Assembly: GCA_913020725.1 (NCBI GenBank)
Contig: CAJWCD010000046.1
Span: forward strand, 1 to 23,204
Length of the DNA: 23,204 bases
DNA from: an uncultured Pseudomonadota bacterium
Lineage (GTDB): Bacteria > SAR324 > NAC60-12
Reading direction: 5' to 3'
In this document: one piece after another, positions 1 to 8,196 of the stretch
Position numbering within the stretch: position 1 is the stretch's first letter
Layout of the letters: each line of letters starts with the position of its first letter
Translations under genes and position numbers: made by a program
Notes under the pieces: model-generated
What the model was told of the DNA's origin: nothing
Seen by the model: only the letters and a program-made list of their open reading frames with translations
Databases searched by the model: none

Positions 1-327
1 GACACGCATCATGGATTGACCAATGCGGTGCTGCTGCCGTTGGTCCTAAAATACAACGAAAAGGGTCTGGGTGCTAAAACAAGCTTAATCTGTCAGTCCA
101 TGGGCCTTAAGACACATGACTTCGATCATCTCTATGACGCAGTCGTATCGCTATTAAATGAACTTGCTATCCCGAGCGACCTCACTGCGCTCAATGTTCG
201 CGAGGGTCAGATTGGCGAGATTGCACAGAAGGCCCATACCGATGCAGCAGCGACCACCAATCCTGTCCCTGCTACAGTCAGTGACATCGAAACTCTCCTC
301 GGCCAAGCCTTGTCACTCGCCCGGTAA
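1..327 (+). CDS. Iron-containing alcohol dehydrogenase family protein, C-terminal part (5' end outside window)
   Basis: Frame 1 is open from base 1: DTHHGLTNAVLLP..LKYN...LAIPSDLTALNV...DAAATTNPVP. Matches the H-G-x-x-N-A-x-x-L-P and NP motifs of Fe-ADH C-termini. Confidence 0.88.
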   Translation, partial: DTHHGLTNAVLLPLVLKYNEKGLGAKTSLICQSMGLKTHDFDHLYDAVVSLLNELAIPSDLTALNVREGQIGEIAQKAHTDAAATTNPVPATVSDIETLLGQALSLAR

Positions 328-455
328 TACTGTCTGTGATTTAGCGATCGGTGGACTCATAATCCCTACCTGGCCTGCCAAACTATCTTCAAATAGATTA
401 GTTATTTATAGCTGATTTCCAAGTACAAATCCCTACAAATACTTGTTACACACCG

Positions 456-602
456 AGGGAGTTGAAGGCAAGTACGGTGAACACGCATAATTCCGCACTC
501 AATCGTATATTTGACGAAACTGTTGCACGGGGATACCTGCAGAAGTCGCATCTGCCTGTGCTGTCAAACAAGGGCAGTGCGCCAATGAGACGTGCCGACT
601 TT
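456..602 (+). pseudogene. Fragment of a tyrosine recombinase/phage integrase (core-binding region)
   Basis: RELKASTVNTHNSALNRIFDETVARGYLQKSHLPVLSNKGSAPMRRADF resembles the STxNxHxSALNRxFDxA..RG...P.L...G....R..F segment of proteobacterial island integrases. No start context and no catalytic domain follows. Confidence 0.6.
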
Positions 603-714
603 GGCAGGTTTGCAGTGACTTGCTGGTTCTTGCCTACCGCACCCACTTTGCAAACGCCCTCAGCATCTGTGCGTACTCCTGGTCTATGAAAAGTGTTTGG
701 CAGGAACTCGGTGT

Positions 715-1623
715 TCAAGACTCACTTGGCTTGTTTTCTCGCAACTCCTTCCAGACGATCAGCAAGCCCCCGCCAATGATCAGGAACACTCCGGGGAACA
801 AACGTCCAAAAGGAGCTTCGGAAAAGAAGATCCAGCCAAGGATGAAGGAAAAGGGAATACCGAAGTATTCAAACGGAGAAAGGGTGCTGGGGGTGGTCAT
901 CCGGTAGGCCGAAATCAGGCAGAACACCGCTGTTCCTCCTGCGGTGCCCATTCCAAAAAGCCACAGCCAATCTTCCAGAGACTCCACGCTGACATAGCCG
1001 CCGATTGCCAGCACCAGTGTGATGGAACCCGCCAAGGCACCAACAATCGCGAACAGGTTGATGAGGGCGGTGGGCACCGAGTCATCGAACAATTTGGCGG
1101 TCACGCTGGTGCTGGCGTACCCCAAGGCCGCACAAAGGGGGAGCAACGCCGACCAACTGAACAGCTCATTTCCGGGACGGATCACCAGCACCACACCTGC
1201 AAACCCAATCAGCACCGCCAGCCAGTGTGAGAGTACCACCTTTTGCCCATGCACCGGAATGGAAAGCAGGGTGATCAACAGAGGTCCGGAAAAGGTCAGC
1301 GTGGTCGCTGTGGCAAATTCCAAGCGAGCCAACGACAAGTAGAAGCAAAATTGGGCAGCGGCGATGAACAACCCCCGCACCAGCGCAAGTTTCCACTGCC
1401 GGATAAGGATGGGCCTTCCGGATTCATGCCAGCTTTGGGAGAAGAACAGGGCCACCAGACTTGGAACTGTTCCAAAAATATTGCGGAACATGGACAACTG
1501 CTGGGCCGGATAATGCTGTCCCAAATGCTTGATGATCGCCCCCATGAGGTCGAAAAGGAGAATCGCCAGCATCAGCAGGGCAATCGCTTTGGCAAACGAT
1601 GACACCAGTATCCGGTTGAGCAT
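715..1623 (-). CDS. DMT/EamA family transporter
   Basis: 302 aa, ~10 hydrophobic segments in two repeats; motifs TLTFSGPLLITLLS, AVLIGFAGVVLVIRPG, LSPFEYFGIPFSFILGWIFFSEAP. Confidence 0.92.
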   Translation of the reverse strand: MLNRILVSSFAKAIALLMLAILLFDLMGAIIKHLGQHYPAQQLSMFRNIFGTVPSLVALFFSQSWHESGRPILIRQWKLALVRGLFIAAAQFCFYLSLARLEFATATTLTFSGPLLITLLSIPVHGQKVVLSHWLAVLIGFAGVVLVIRPGNELFSWSALLPLCAALGYASTSVTAKLFDDSVPTALINLFAIVGALAGSITLVLAIGGYVSVESLEDWLWLFGMGTAGGTAVFCLISAYRMTTPSTLSPFEYFGIPFSFILGWIFFSEAPFGRLFPGVFLIIGGGLLIVWKELRENKPSES

Positions 1624-1813
1624 TCGTCTGAAGCTTTATGTTGTGTTGGTATTGACCGTGACGGTCTTGGCGAGCTGTAAACCTGTCCTCCCAAGCGTGA
1701 AACACTCAGGCAGGCACAGGGGTGGTTTCGAGAGGTTTAGCAGCGCCGGGGGCTGCGTAAAGCAGGCGGAGTTTTCCCAACTCTACACGAATCCTGTCTC
1801 GCAAAGAGTTGCT

Positions 1814-2110
1814 TCAATCAACGCCTTCAACCGCCCTCAGTTCGCGGACAACTGCGCCTTCGCCAAGCGCCGCGAGGGCTTTCTGATAGGACGGTCCCTC
1901 AAAATACTCGAGTGCAGCATCAAAACTTGGAAACTCAAGAACGACAGTGCGTTCCTCAACCGCTGATTCAAGAGCCTTCACCCTGCCACCACGCACAAGG
2001 ATTTTTGCACCGGCTTCCTTAATGGCCTTGCCTGCCAGTTCAGCATAGGCGGCAAGGCGTTTCGGGTCTTTCACCTCGCGATACATGGCAACGATATAAC
2101 CTTTGGGCAT
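1814..2110 (-). CDS. DUF1330 domain-containing protein
   Basis: MPKGYIVA...YAELA...GAKILVRGG...LE...RTVVLEFPSFDAALEYFEGPSYQKA...R...VEG. GGAGA RBS upstream of the ATG at 2110, so the start is trimmed relative to the ORF track. Confidence 0.9.
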   Translation of the reverse strand: MPKGYIVAMYREVKDPKRLAAYAELAGKAIKEAGAKILVRGGRVKALESAVEERTVVLEFPSFDAALEYFEGPSYQKALAALGEGAVVRELRAVEGVD

Positions 2111-2329
2111 GTTGTTCTCCGTCTTTTGCCAATCTGAAAAATAGTGCGACCCAACAACGGGTCCGCTGATGGGGTCTTGGTGGTCGCTCACTCCAAATGA
2201 TCAGGATATGGCTAAAGTGAGGACTGTTCCAGTGTTTTTTAACACACCTCTGCTGTCTGTGCAAGTGTTGAGAGCGTCTTCGCGTGTCATGCTTGCTTGT
2301 TTAAGCGGCCATTCTGAAGCCCCCCAGCG

Positions 2330-2407
2330 CATGTTCACGACCACTCCCATTATTCCTCGGCGGGGGTCATGGGCAAAGAATTGGCGCGGGTGATACTCTC
2401 AACTTGA
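2330..2407 (+). pseudogene. Possible C-terminal remnant of an SGNH/GDSL hydrolase
   Basis: HVHDHSHYSSAGVMGKELARVILST* resembles the DxxH...G...(A)..I terminal block of SGNH hydrolases; only 25 aa. Confidence 0.3.
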
Positions 2408-2535
2408 CCCAAAGTCACCCGCTCCCCTCTCTGAATCCCTCTCTGTCCGTTGTGACTTGAAGAGTTGCTTTGATTGTGGGATGTTCACGCCGAAACCCAC
2501 CCTGCGTCACGGGAAAGGTGATCCCAAAAGGCAGA

Positions 2536-3354
2536 ATGAAATATCCTTCCATTAAGCTCTCCATGCTCCAACGTCAGCTCATCTCACTGACGTTTTCCGC
2601 CCTTCTCTTCACAGTTCCGATCTTTGCCGCAGAGCAGTGGACAGAACCAGTGACCAGGATGAAATTTGTGAGTGTCCCGGGCGGCAGTTTCCGGATTGGT
2701 GATCAGTTCGATGAGGGATCTGATGACGAGCAGAACAATCGAAAGATCACGATCCAACCCTTCCATCTGGGAGCGACGGAGGTGACGCAGGGTCAGTGGA
2801 AAGCCGTCATGAGCAGCAACCCCTCAAGGTTCAGGGGTGATGATCGCCCTGTGGAGGAGGTGAGCCGGTACAATGTGCAGGAATTCATCAGGAAGCTCAA
2901 CTCCCGCCACGGTGGCAAGTACCGGTTCCGTCTGCCGACGGAGGCGGAGTGGGAGTACGCCTGTCGCGAGGGGGGCAGGAAGGTGCGCTTTTGCAACAGC
3001 AGCGACCTCGCCAACCCTTCGGAGATGAACTTTAACGGTTCTGCGGAGAAAAAAGAGCCCTACTCGGTTGCAGGCGAGTATCTGGAAGAGACGACGCCTG
3101 CAGAGAGCTTTCCGCCAAACTCTCTGGGGCTTTATGACATGAGCGGCAACGTCTGGGAGTGGACGTGTTCGGAGTACCAGGATCGCTACGACGGCAGCGA
3201 GGAGCGGTGCGCGGATCAGGCCGACCGGTATTCCCTTCGCGGGGGTTCGTGGGGCAGCTTTCCGTGGGGGGTGCGTGCGGCGTACCGCAACCACCACCTC
3301 CTTCCGGCTTCCCGCAACGACCACATCGGATTTCGCCTTGCCCGGGACAACTGA
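2536..3354 (+). CDS. Secreted formylglycine-generating enzyme (FGE-sulfatase/SUMF1, CLec-fold) domain protein; probable DGR target
   Basis: N-terminal signal-like segment; motifs VPGGSFRIG, TEVTQGQW, PVEEVS, RLPTEAEWEYACR, PNSLGLYDMSGNVWEW, RGGSW...GFRLAR. Start at ATG 2536 or 2563. Confidence 0.92.
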   Translation: MKYPSIKLSMLQRQLISLTFSALLFTVPIFAAEQWTEPVTRMKFVSVPGGSFRIGDQFDEGSDDEQNNRKITIQPFHLGATEVTQGQWKAVMSSNPSRFRGDDRPVEEVSRYNVQEFIRKLNSRHGGKYRFRLPTEAEWEYACREGGRKVRFCNSSDLANPSEMNFNGSAEKKEPYSVAGEYLEETTPAESFPPNSLGLYDMSGNVWEWTCSEYQDRYDGSEERCADQADRYSLRGGSWGSFPWGVRAAYRNHHLLPASRNDHIGFRLARDN

Positions 3355-3389
3355 CCCTTTACCCTCTTTCCTTTTTCCCTTTTCAAAAG
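3340..3389 (+). repeat. Copy 1 of a 50-bp repeat: last codons (ARDN*) of the FGE gene plus pyrimidine tract (IMH-like)
   Basis: gcccgggacaactgaccctttaccctctttcctttttcccttttcaaaag; 46/50 identical to the reverse complement of 23048-23097. Confidence 0.9.
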
Positions 3390-3400
3390 TTGCCCTTTGA

Positions 3401-3485
3401 AGCGGGGAATTCAATAACGACAAACGTTGGAATGGAACCCTATACGACAAAGACGGGGATGTGTCAGGCACCCTTCAGATTGGCC
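3401..3485 (+). pseudogene. Remnant of a MORN-like repeat protein C-terminus
   Basis: SGEFNNDKRWNGTLYDKDGDVSGT resembles GE(F/W)KxGxxWNGTxYDKxGN tails of marine MORN-repeat proteins; in-frame TGA immediately upstream (3398-3400). Confidence 0.5.
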
Positions 3486-3636
3486 CCCCCGTTGTCCGAA
3501 TATGTGCCAACAAATATCAGCTATTGGACAGCGGCTTTCTTTGGGCTTCTCCGGACAAGATAGATCAAATTGAGATGCAATTGCCTTAGGCAACTACCAC
3601 CAGCTTGTGGAACGAGATCAAGAGGTGATAGTAGGA

Positions 3637-3732
3637 TCAGGCGATAATTCCGTGCAAGATGATCGCAATTGAGACGTAGAAGGCGGCTTCAATGGTACCG
3701 ACTCCGACATTGCGGTTAATTTGAATTTCCGG
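3637..3732 (-). pseudogene. C-terminal remnant of a DUF350-like membrane protein
   Basis: PEIQINRNVGVGTIEAAFYVSIAIILHGIIA* fits EI...N.(A/G).G...A...I...II of DUF350; it begins exactly at the left MITE end. Confidence 0.55.
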
Positions 3733-3887
3733 TAGTCACCCTCTTGAGTGTTGTTCCTCTGAAAATCGGGAAAAATAACTGTAAACCGGGGGAAACGTAC
3801 CGGAAAACGCCGTCTATTTGCAAAATCCCAACACTTTACAGGGCAAATTTTGCTGAGGACAGGCACCAACACTCAAGAGGGGGACTA
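3733..3887. mobile_element. MITE-like element, ~155 bp, with terminal inverted repeats and TA ends
   Basis: tagtcaccctcttgagtgttg (3733-3753) and caacactcaagagggggacta (3867-3887) are 20/21 inverted; both ends are TA; no credible internal gene. Confidence 0.7.
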
Positions 3888-3891
3888 TCAA

Positions 3892-4020
3892 AAAATCGCC
3901 ACACTCAAAACTCTGGACTACCTCAAGCAACGGGCTGAGCGAGGAGACGAATCCCATGCTCTAAAGGTGCTGAAACAGTCATCCAGCGAACCTCCGCTTG
4001 CTTCAGATCGTGTCCACTAG
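3892..4020 (+). pseudogene. C-terminal remnant of a HicB-family/ribbon-helix-helix antitoxin-like protein
   Basis: KIATLKTLDYLKQRAERGDESHALKVLKQSSSEPPLASDRVH* resembles EKISAL.T..YL..RA.RG....FL.VL..VP..EP...D; the N-terminal RHH part is missing and the fragment begins at the right MITE end. Confidence 0.6.
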
Positions 4021-4080
4021 AAAGCTTCGTGAGGCCATAGTGAGGCGTCTTTCTTCTTGAACTGGCATTGATGAAACCGT

Positions 4081-5964
4081 ATGTGTCGTGTTCTCAAACC
4101 ACTGCTGGCCCTGGGGCTGCTGGCCTTCGCCGCCGGATGCTCCACGCCTTCCCCTCCTACCTCCACAGAAAAAAACTCCGCCGCGCTCCGAGGCGTGCGC
4201 CGCACAGAGTTGAACGCCCCCCCAAAGGCAACTCGACACGCCTTCGTGATCGGCAATTCCGTATATCAGCACCTGCCGAACCTCCGGAACCCTCGTGCTG
4301 ACGCGCAGGCAATCGCCGCACTGCTGAGCGAGGCGGAATTCGAAGTTTCCCTGCACCTCGACACCACCCGCAAACGCCTGCTCAACGCGCTGGATGAATT
4401 TCAGCAACGACTTGCCCCAGACAGCGTGGTGCTGGTCTACTACGCCGGACACGCCGTGCAAGTCGCGGGACGCAACCACTTGATTCCGGTGGATGCCAAC
4501 CTAGGCAGTGAGTTGGATGTCGAGGCCGATTCACTGGCCGTGGATCGCCTGCTCGGCAAGCTGAAAGACCGCCACACTCGTCTCAAACTTTTCCTGCTTG
4601 ATGGCTGCCGCAACAATCCATTTCCGAGCCAATCCCGGGGCATCCGTCAAGGGTTGGCGGAAATCCGTGCACCTGCCGGAACCCTGATCGCCTACGCCAC
4701 CAGTCCAGGAACGGTCGCACTCGACGGTGACGGCCCGCACAGCCCCTACACCACCGCTTTGCTGCACCACCTCCGCAGTCCGGGATTGAAGATCGAGGAC
4801 GCCCTCAAGCGGGTGCGCACCGATCTCGTGCTGCAAACTGACTTGCGCCAAGTTCCGTGGGAGTCCTCCTCACTCTACGGGGACGATTTCATGCTCTTTC
4901 CTGCGGTAGCAGCAGCGTTGGCTCCCGCTGACTCTCCCGAAGCCTCCACGCCCGCCTCCAACCTTTCCCTCTCGCAAATGGAGGAAGCCTTCGCTGAGTT
5001 GATGGCACAGGAATCGGCGAGTTTCGATCCTGCACCGCAAGCCACGCAGTGGGGCCGTTTTCTGCACGATTATCCGGACGACTTCCCGCACACCAACACC
5101 GATGATGATTTGCGTCGCATCGCCACACAGCACCTCGTTTTTTGGCAGGCACGGGTCGCGGAAGCCCAGAATCCAGCACGTCGGCGAGCCTGGGCGGCAG
5201 GAACGTGGACCGAACCCCACGCCGATCTCAAATTCGTGGCGGTGACCGGCAACGCGCACTTCCGGATGGGCAATGTCTTGGGAGACGAGGACGGCGAGGT
5301 CACGATTCGCATGGTGCCTCGGTTCTGGATGAGCCGCACGGAGCTCACCAAGGCGCAGTGGCAGGCGATCATGCAGAGCGGCACTGCTGCAAAAACCCCT
5401 GCGGCGGGTCTCAAGCACAAGCTCCAGCAGGGCTGGCAAACGCTCAAGCAAAAGGGACGGGCCGTCCTCCGCAAGGGGCAGGAATTATGGAAAGGGGCGG
5501 CAGTCCAATCCGGAGTAAGCCGCAAAGCAGCGGCAGAATTCCTGGAACGTCTGAACGCCTTGCACCAAGACCGCTATCGCTTCCGACTGCCCAGCGCAGC
5601 CGAGTGGGAATACGCCTGCCGGGGCGGTGGACTGCCCGTGCGTTTCGGCACCGGGCGGAACACGATCAGCCTTGCCGATGCCAATTTTGCCCCGCAAGCG
5701 CTGGGCCTGCGTCCAGTCTATGTTTCCGGACCCCAGCGTTCTGCCGCACAAGCTCAACCCGCTCTTGCCGGAAGTTTTGCGCCCAATCCGCTCGGCCTCC
5801 ACGATTTGAGTGGCAACCTTGCGGAGTGGGTGACGAGCACTGAAGACTTACGGGGCGGTCACTTCCGCAGTCCGGGCCACGCCCTGCGTTGTGCCTCCCA
5901 GAGTCAGAGCGGCTGGTTCTCCAATTTGGAAACCGTCGGACTGCGGATTGTGCGGGATTACTGA
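4081..5964 (+). CDS. Lipoprotein with peptidase C14 (caspase-like) domain and C-terminal FGE-sulfatase/CLec domain
   Basis: Lipobox LAFAAGC; AFVIGNSVY...LRNPRADA, YYAGH and LDGCRNNP (His/Cys dyad), IAYATSPG, SPYT, QVPWESSSL; then RLPSAAEWEYACR, PNPLGLHDLSGNLAEW, RGG...GLRIVR. Confidence 0.9.
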   Translation: MCRVLKPLLALGLLAFAAGCSTPSPPTSTEKNSAALRGVRRTELNAPPKATRHAFVIGNSVYQHLPNLRNPRADAQAIAALLSEAEFEVSLHLDTTRKRLLNALDEFQQRLAPDSVVLVYYAGHAVQVAGRNHLIPVDANLGSELDVEADSLAVDRLLGKLKDRHTRLKLFLLDGCRNNPFPSQSRGIRQGLAEIRAPAGTLIAYATSPGTVALDGDGPHSPYTTALLHHLRSPGLKIEDALKRVRTDLVLQTDLRQVPWESSSLYGDDFMLFPAVAAALAPADSPEASTPASNLSLSQMEEAFAELMAQESASFDPAPQATQWGRFLHDYPDDFPHTNTDDDLRRIATQHLVFWQARVAEAQNPARRRAWAAGTWTEPHADLKFVAVTGNAHFRMGNVLGDEDGEVTIRMVPRFWMSRTELTKAQWQAIMQSGTAAKTPAAGLKHKLQQGWQTLKQKGRAVLRKGQELWKGAAVQSGVSRKAAAEFLERLNALHQDRYRFRLPSAAEWEYACRGGGLPVRFGTGRNTISLADANFAPQALGLRPVYVSGPQRSAAQAQPALAGSFAPNPLGLHDLSGNLAEWVTSTEDLRGGHFRSPGHALRCASQSQSGWFSNLETVGLRIVRDY

Positions 5965-5977
5965 TTCTAGCCTCGAG

Positions 5978-6021
5978 TTCAACTCGTAAGTGCAACTCAC
6001 CGTCTGGTGAAGAGAGGCGAG
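5978..6021 (+). repeat. Copy 1 of a 44-bp intergenic repeat containing a TCACC-GTCT-GGTGA hairpin
   Basis: ttcaactcgtaagtgcaactcaccgtctggtgaagagaggcgag; 40/44 identical to the reverse complement of 9364-9407. Confidence 0.9.
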
Positions 6022-6191
6022 ACACGCACTCAAAAAATCGACCAGATTCCTCCGGAGAGCACAGCAGCATTTCCGGATGGACTTGTTGCTCCCGCGCTTT
6101 GTGCGTATGATTGCACCATTGCAGGAGCGGCTGCGATCCGGCAACCGCGTCCTGTCCCGTTTCCGGACACCCTCATTTGTGGAGTATCCCC

Positions 6192-6737
6192 ATGGGCGCA
6201 GAACGACGACAACACCTCCGAGCCCTCTTTGAGGAGAAGCTTGCAATCCGCACCGAGGATGCCACTGACTCCGCCGCCACCGGCTTGGACATTTCCCTCA
6301 GCGGCATCCGCTTTCACTGCGAAACCCAGCTTATGGACAACAGCGAAGTCTCGGTGGAGTTCCTTCCGGATTTCCAAATCTCCGGACGGGTGTGCTGGTG
6401 TTGGCCCATCGAGTGGTACTACCAGTCCGCCATCCAGTTCGTCGAGATCACTCCGGAGGAACAAGCTCGGCTACGGGAGTACATCATCGCCGTGACTGGA
6501 GAGGACTACCCGGATGACTCCAAAGAGGAGGCCGGGGCGAAGGTTGCCGCCGCCGCTGTGCCGACCCCTGCTAACCTTGACCTTGATGACGATGAGGAGG
6601 ACTGGATGGACGATCTTTCTGAGGAGGACATTGCCGCTGCCGAAGAAAATTTCGACTCGTTTGACGACGAGGGGTTTGAGGATGGGTCCTTGGATGATCC
6701 CAAACCTGATCTCAAATCTGCCGACCGCTTGCCCTGA
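6192..6737 (+). CDS. PilZ domain protein with long acidic C-terminal tail
   Basis: MGAERRQHLR (RxxxR) and DISLSG (DxSxxG), GRVCWC...AIQF; GGAG RBS at 6181; D/E-rich tail. Confidence 0.85.
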   Translation: MGAERRQHLRALFEEKLAIRTEDATDSAATGLDISLSGIRFHCETQLMDNSEVSVEFLPDFQISGRVCWCWPIEWYYQSAIQFVEITPEEQARLREYIIAVTGEDYPDDSKEEAGAKVAAAAVPTPANLDLDDDEEDWMDDLSEEDIAAAEENFDSFDDEGFEDGSLDDPKPDLKSADRLP

Positions 6738-6809
6738 GTAAGCTGATTTCTCGTGGCATTCCGGGTGCATCAAAGTAGCGAGAAGACGCCTTGATCGAGA
6801 GTCAAACTG

Positions 6810-7166
6810 ATGACCCCACTCGGTGCCGTTGGCACCCTCCTGCTGCTGATCTTCCTGCACCTTGCCGCTCTGCTGTTGTGGTGGCGCACCCGCAATGGTG
6901 CGTGGCTCTACCGTGTGGGCAGTGTTGACCTCGTGGGCGTGGTGATGGTAGGGGCCTTCTATCACGCCTCCCCCTCTGCCGGATTTCAGGATTGGCTCGG
7001 CATGATGCTGTTGTTGATCATGAACCTCGGCATCTTCACGAGCTTCGCGTTTCAGCGCAACACCGTGGTGTTCGGACGCCTCTGGGGAGTGCTGTTCTGG
7101 GTGGGGTTCACCGACTCCATCCTCGTTTTGGACGCCCTCGGCGTGTTTGCCCTCGCAGTCCGCTGA
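6810..7166 (+). CDS. Small hypothetical membrane protein (about 4 TM)
   Basis: 118 aa with four hydrophobic segments; co-oriented with, and 11 bp upstream of, the ATP-grasp gene. Confidence 0.7.
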   Translation: MTPLGAVGTLLLLIFLHLAALLLWWRTRNGAWLYRVGSVDLVGVVMVGAFYHASPSAGFQDWLGMMLLLIMNLGIFTSFAFQRNTVVFGRLWGVLFWVGFTDSILVLDALGVFALAVR

Positions 7167-7177
7167 AGGGCGTTGCC

Positions 7178-8191
7178 ATGAACATCGGTTTCCTGATGTA
7201 TGCGTGGGAGCGGATCGATCCCCGCTTCGACTCCACCCTGCGGCTGCTCCACGAATGCGCTCGGCGTGGGCATCGGGTGGCGGTCACGCATCCGGGCAGC
7301 TTGCAGGTTCACCACCATGTTCCCTCTGCGAATTGCCGAGTCGTCGTATCCAGTTCCACGCCAGACGCCGCGCCGGAAGCCTTCCATGCCAACCTCCGCT
7401 TTTCTGAGCAGCAACTTCCGCTCTCCGAATTTGACGCCCTCCTCATCCGTCTGCCCCCGCCGTTGGATTCCGAGGTGTTGGGTTTTCTCGACGCAGTGCA
7501 GCACAAAGTGTTTCTGCTCAACTCAATTGAGGGCTTGCGCCGTGCCGAAAGCAAACTCTACCCGCTCACGCTGTCTGCCGCCTCCCAAGCCTTCTTGCCC
7601 GCCACCCACGTCTTGAACGACCGCAGCGAACTCAAGCGCATCATTGAGGGCATGAACGGGCGGGTGGTGCTAAAACCTCTGCGCGGACTGGCGGGAAACG
7701 GGGTGTCGGTGGTGGACGCTGAGGATCCGGAAAACTTGGACACCGTGCTGCGCCGCTACACAGACGGACGCTTTGGCTCGGAATCGGACTATGTGATGGT
7801 GCAGGAGTATGTCGAAAGTCCGGAGCCGGGAGACGTGCGCATCCTCTTGTTGGACGGCGAACCGCTTGGGGCCATGCGGCGGCGGCCTCCGGAAGGTGGG
7901 TTTCGTAGCAACCTTCACGCAGGCGGAGAGGCAAGGCCCCACACCCTGACCTCAACCGAACAACGCCTCTGCCAACAGCTTGGTCCGGAACTCGTCGCTG
8001 ACGGGTTGGATTTCGTCGGACTGGATGTGATTGCAGACAAATTGCTGGAGGTCAACGTGTGCAGCCCGGGTGGACTCACACGCATCAACCGCTTCAATAA
8101 TGTGCGGCTACAAGCGTCGGTGATTGACTTTGTAGAAACGCGAATGCAAGCCCGGACTCCGCAAATCCATGCGGAGGAAGCCAATGCCTGA
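7178..8191 (+). CDS. gshB: Glutathione synthetase-like ATP-grasp ligase (GshB-like)
   Basis: MNIGFLMYAWERIDP..DSTLRL, VVLKPLRGLAGNGV, VMVQEY, GDVRILLLDGEPLGAMRR.P..GFRSNLHAGG, FVGLDVI...LEVNVCSPGG. Start set at ATG 7178. True substrate uncertain. Confidence 0.82.
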   Translation: MNIGFLMYAWERIDPRFDSTLRLLHECARRGHRVAVTHPGSLQVHHHVPSANCRVVVSSSTPDAAPEAFHANLRFSEQQLPLSEFDALLIRLPPPLDSEVLGFLDAVQHKVFLLNSIEGLRRAESKLYPLTLSAASQAFLPATHVLNDRSELKRIIEGMNGRVVLKPLRGLAGNGVSVVDAEDPENLDTVLRRYTDGRFGSESDYVMVQEYVESPEPGDVRILLLDGEPLGAMRRRPPEGGFRSNLHAGGEARPHTLTSTEQRLCQQLGPELVADGLDFVGLDVIADKLLEVNVCSPGGLTRINRFNNVRLQASVIDFVETRMQARTPQIHAEEANA

Positions 8192-8196
8192 ACCCA

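Noticed and set aside
2386..2422. Inverted repeat gcgggtga...tcacccgc; also hairpins at 1778-1811, 3489-3532 and palindrome 3581-3593
   Set aside because: Short, single-copy, and no function can be supported from sequence alone.
328..4080. Integron cassette array as the explanation for the gene fragments
   Set aside because: No convincing RYYYAAC...GTTRRRY attC pairs and no intI; fragments are truncated and on both strands.
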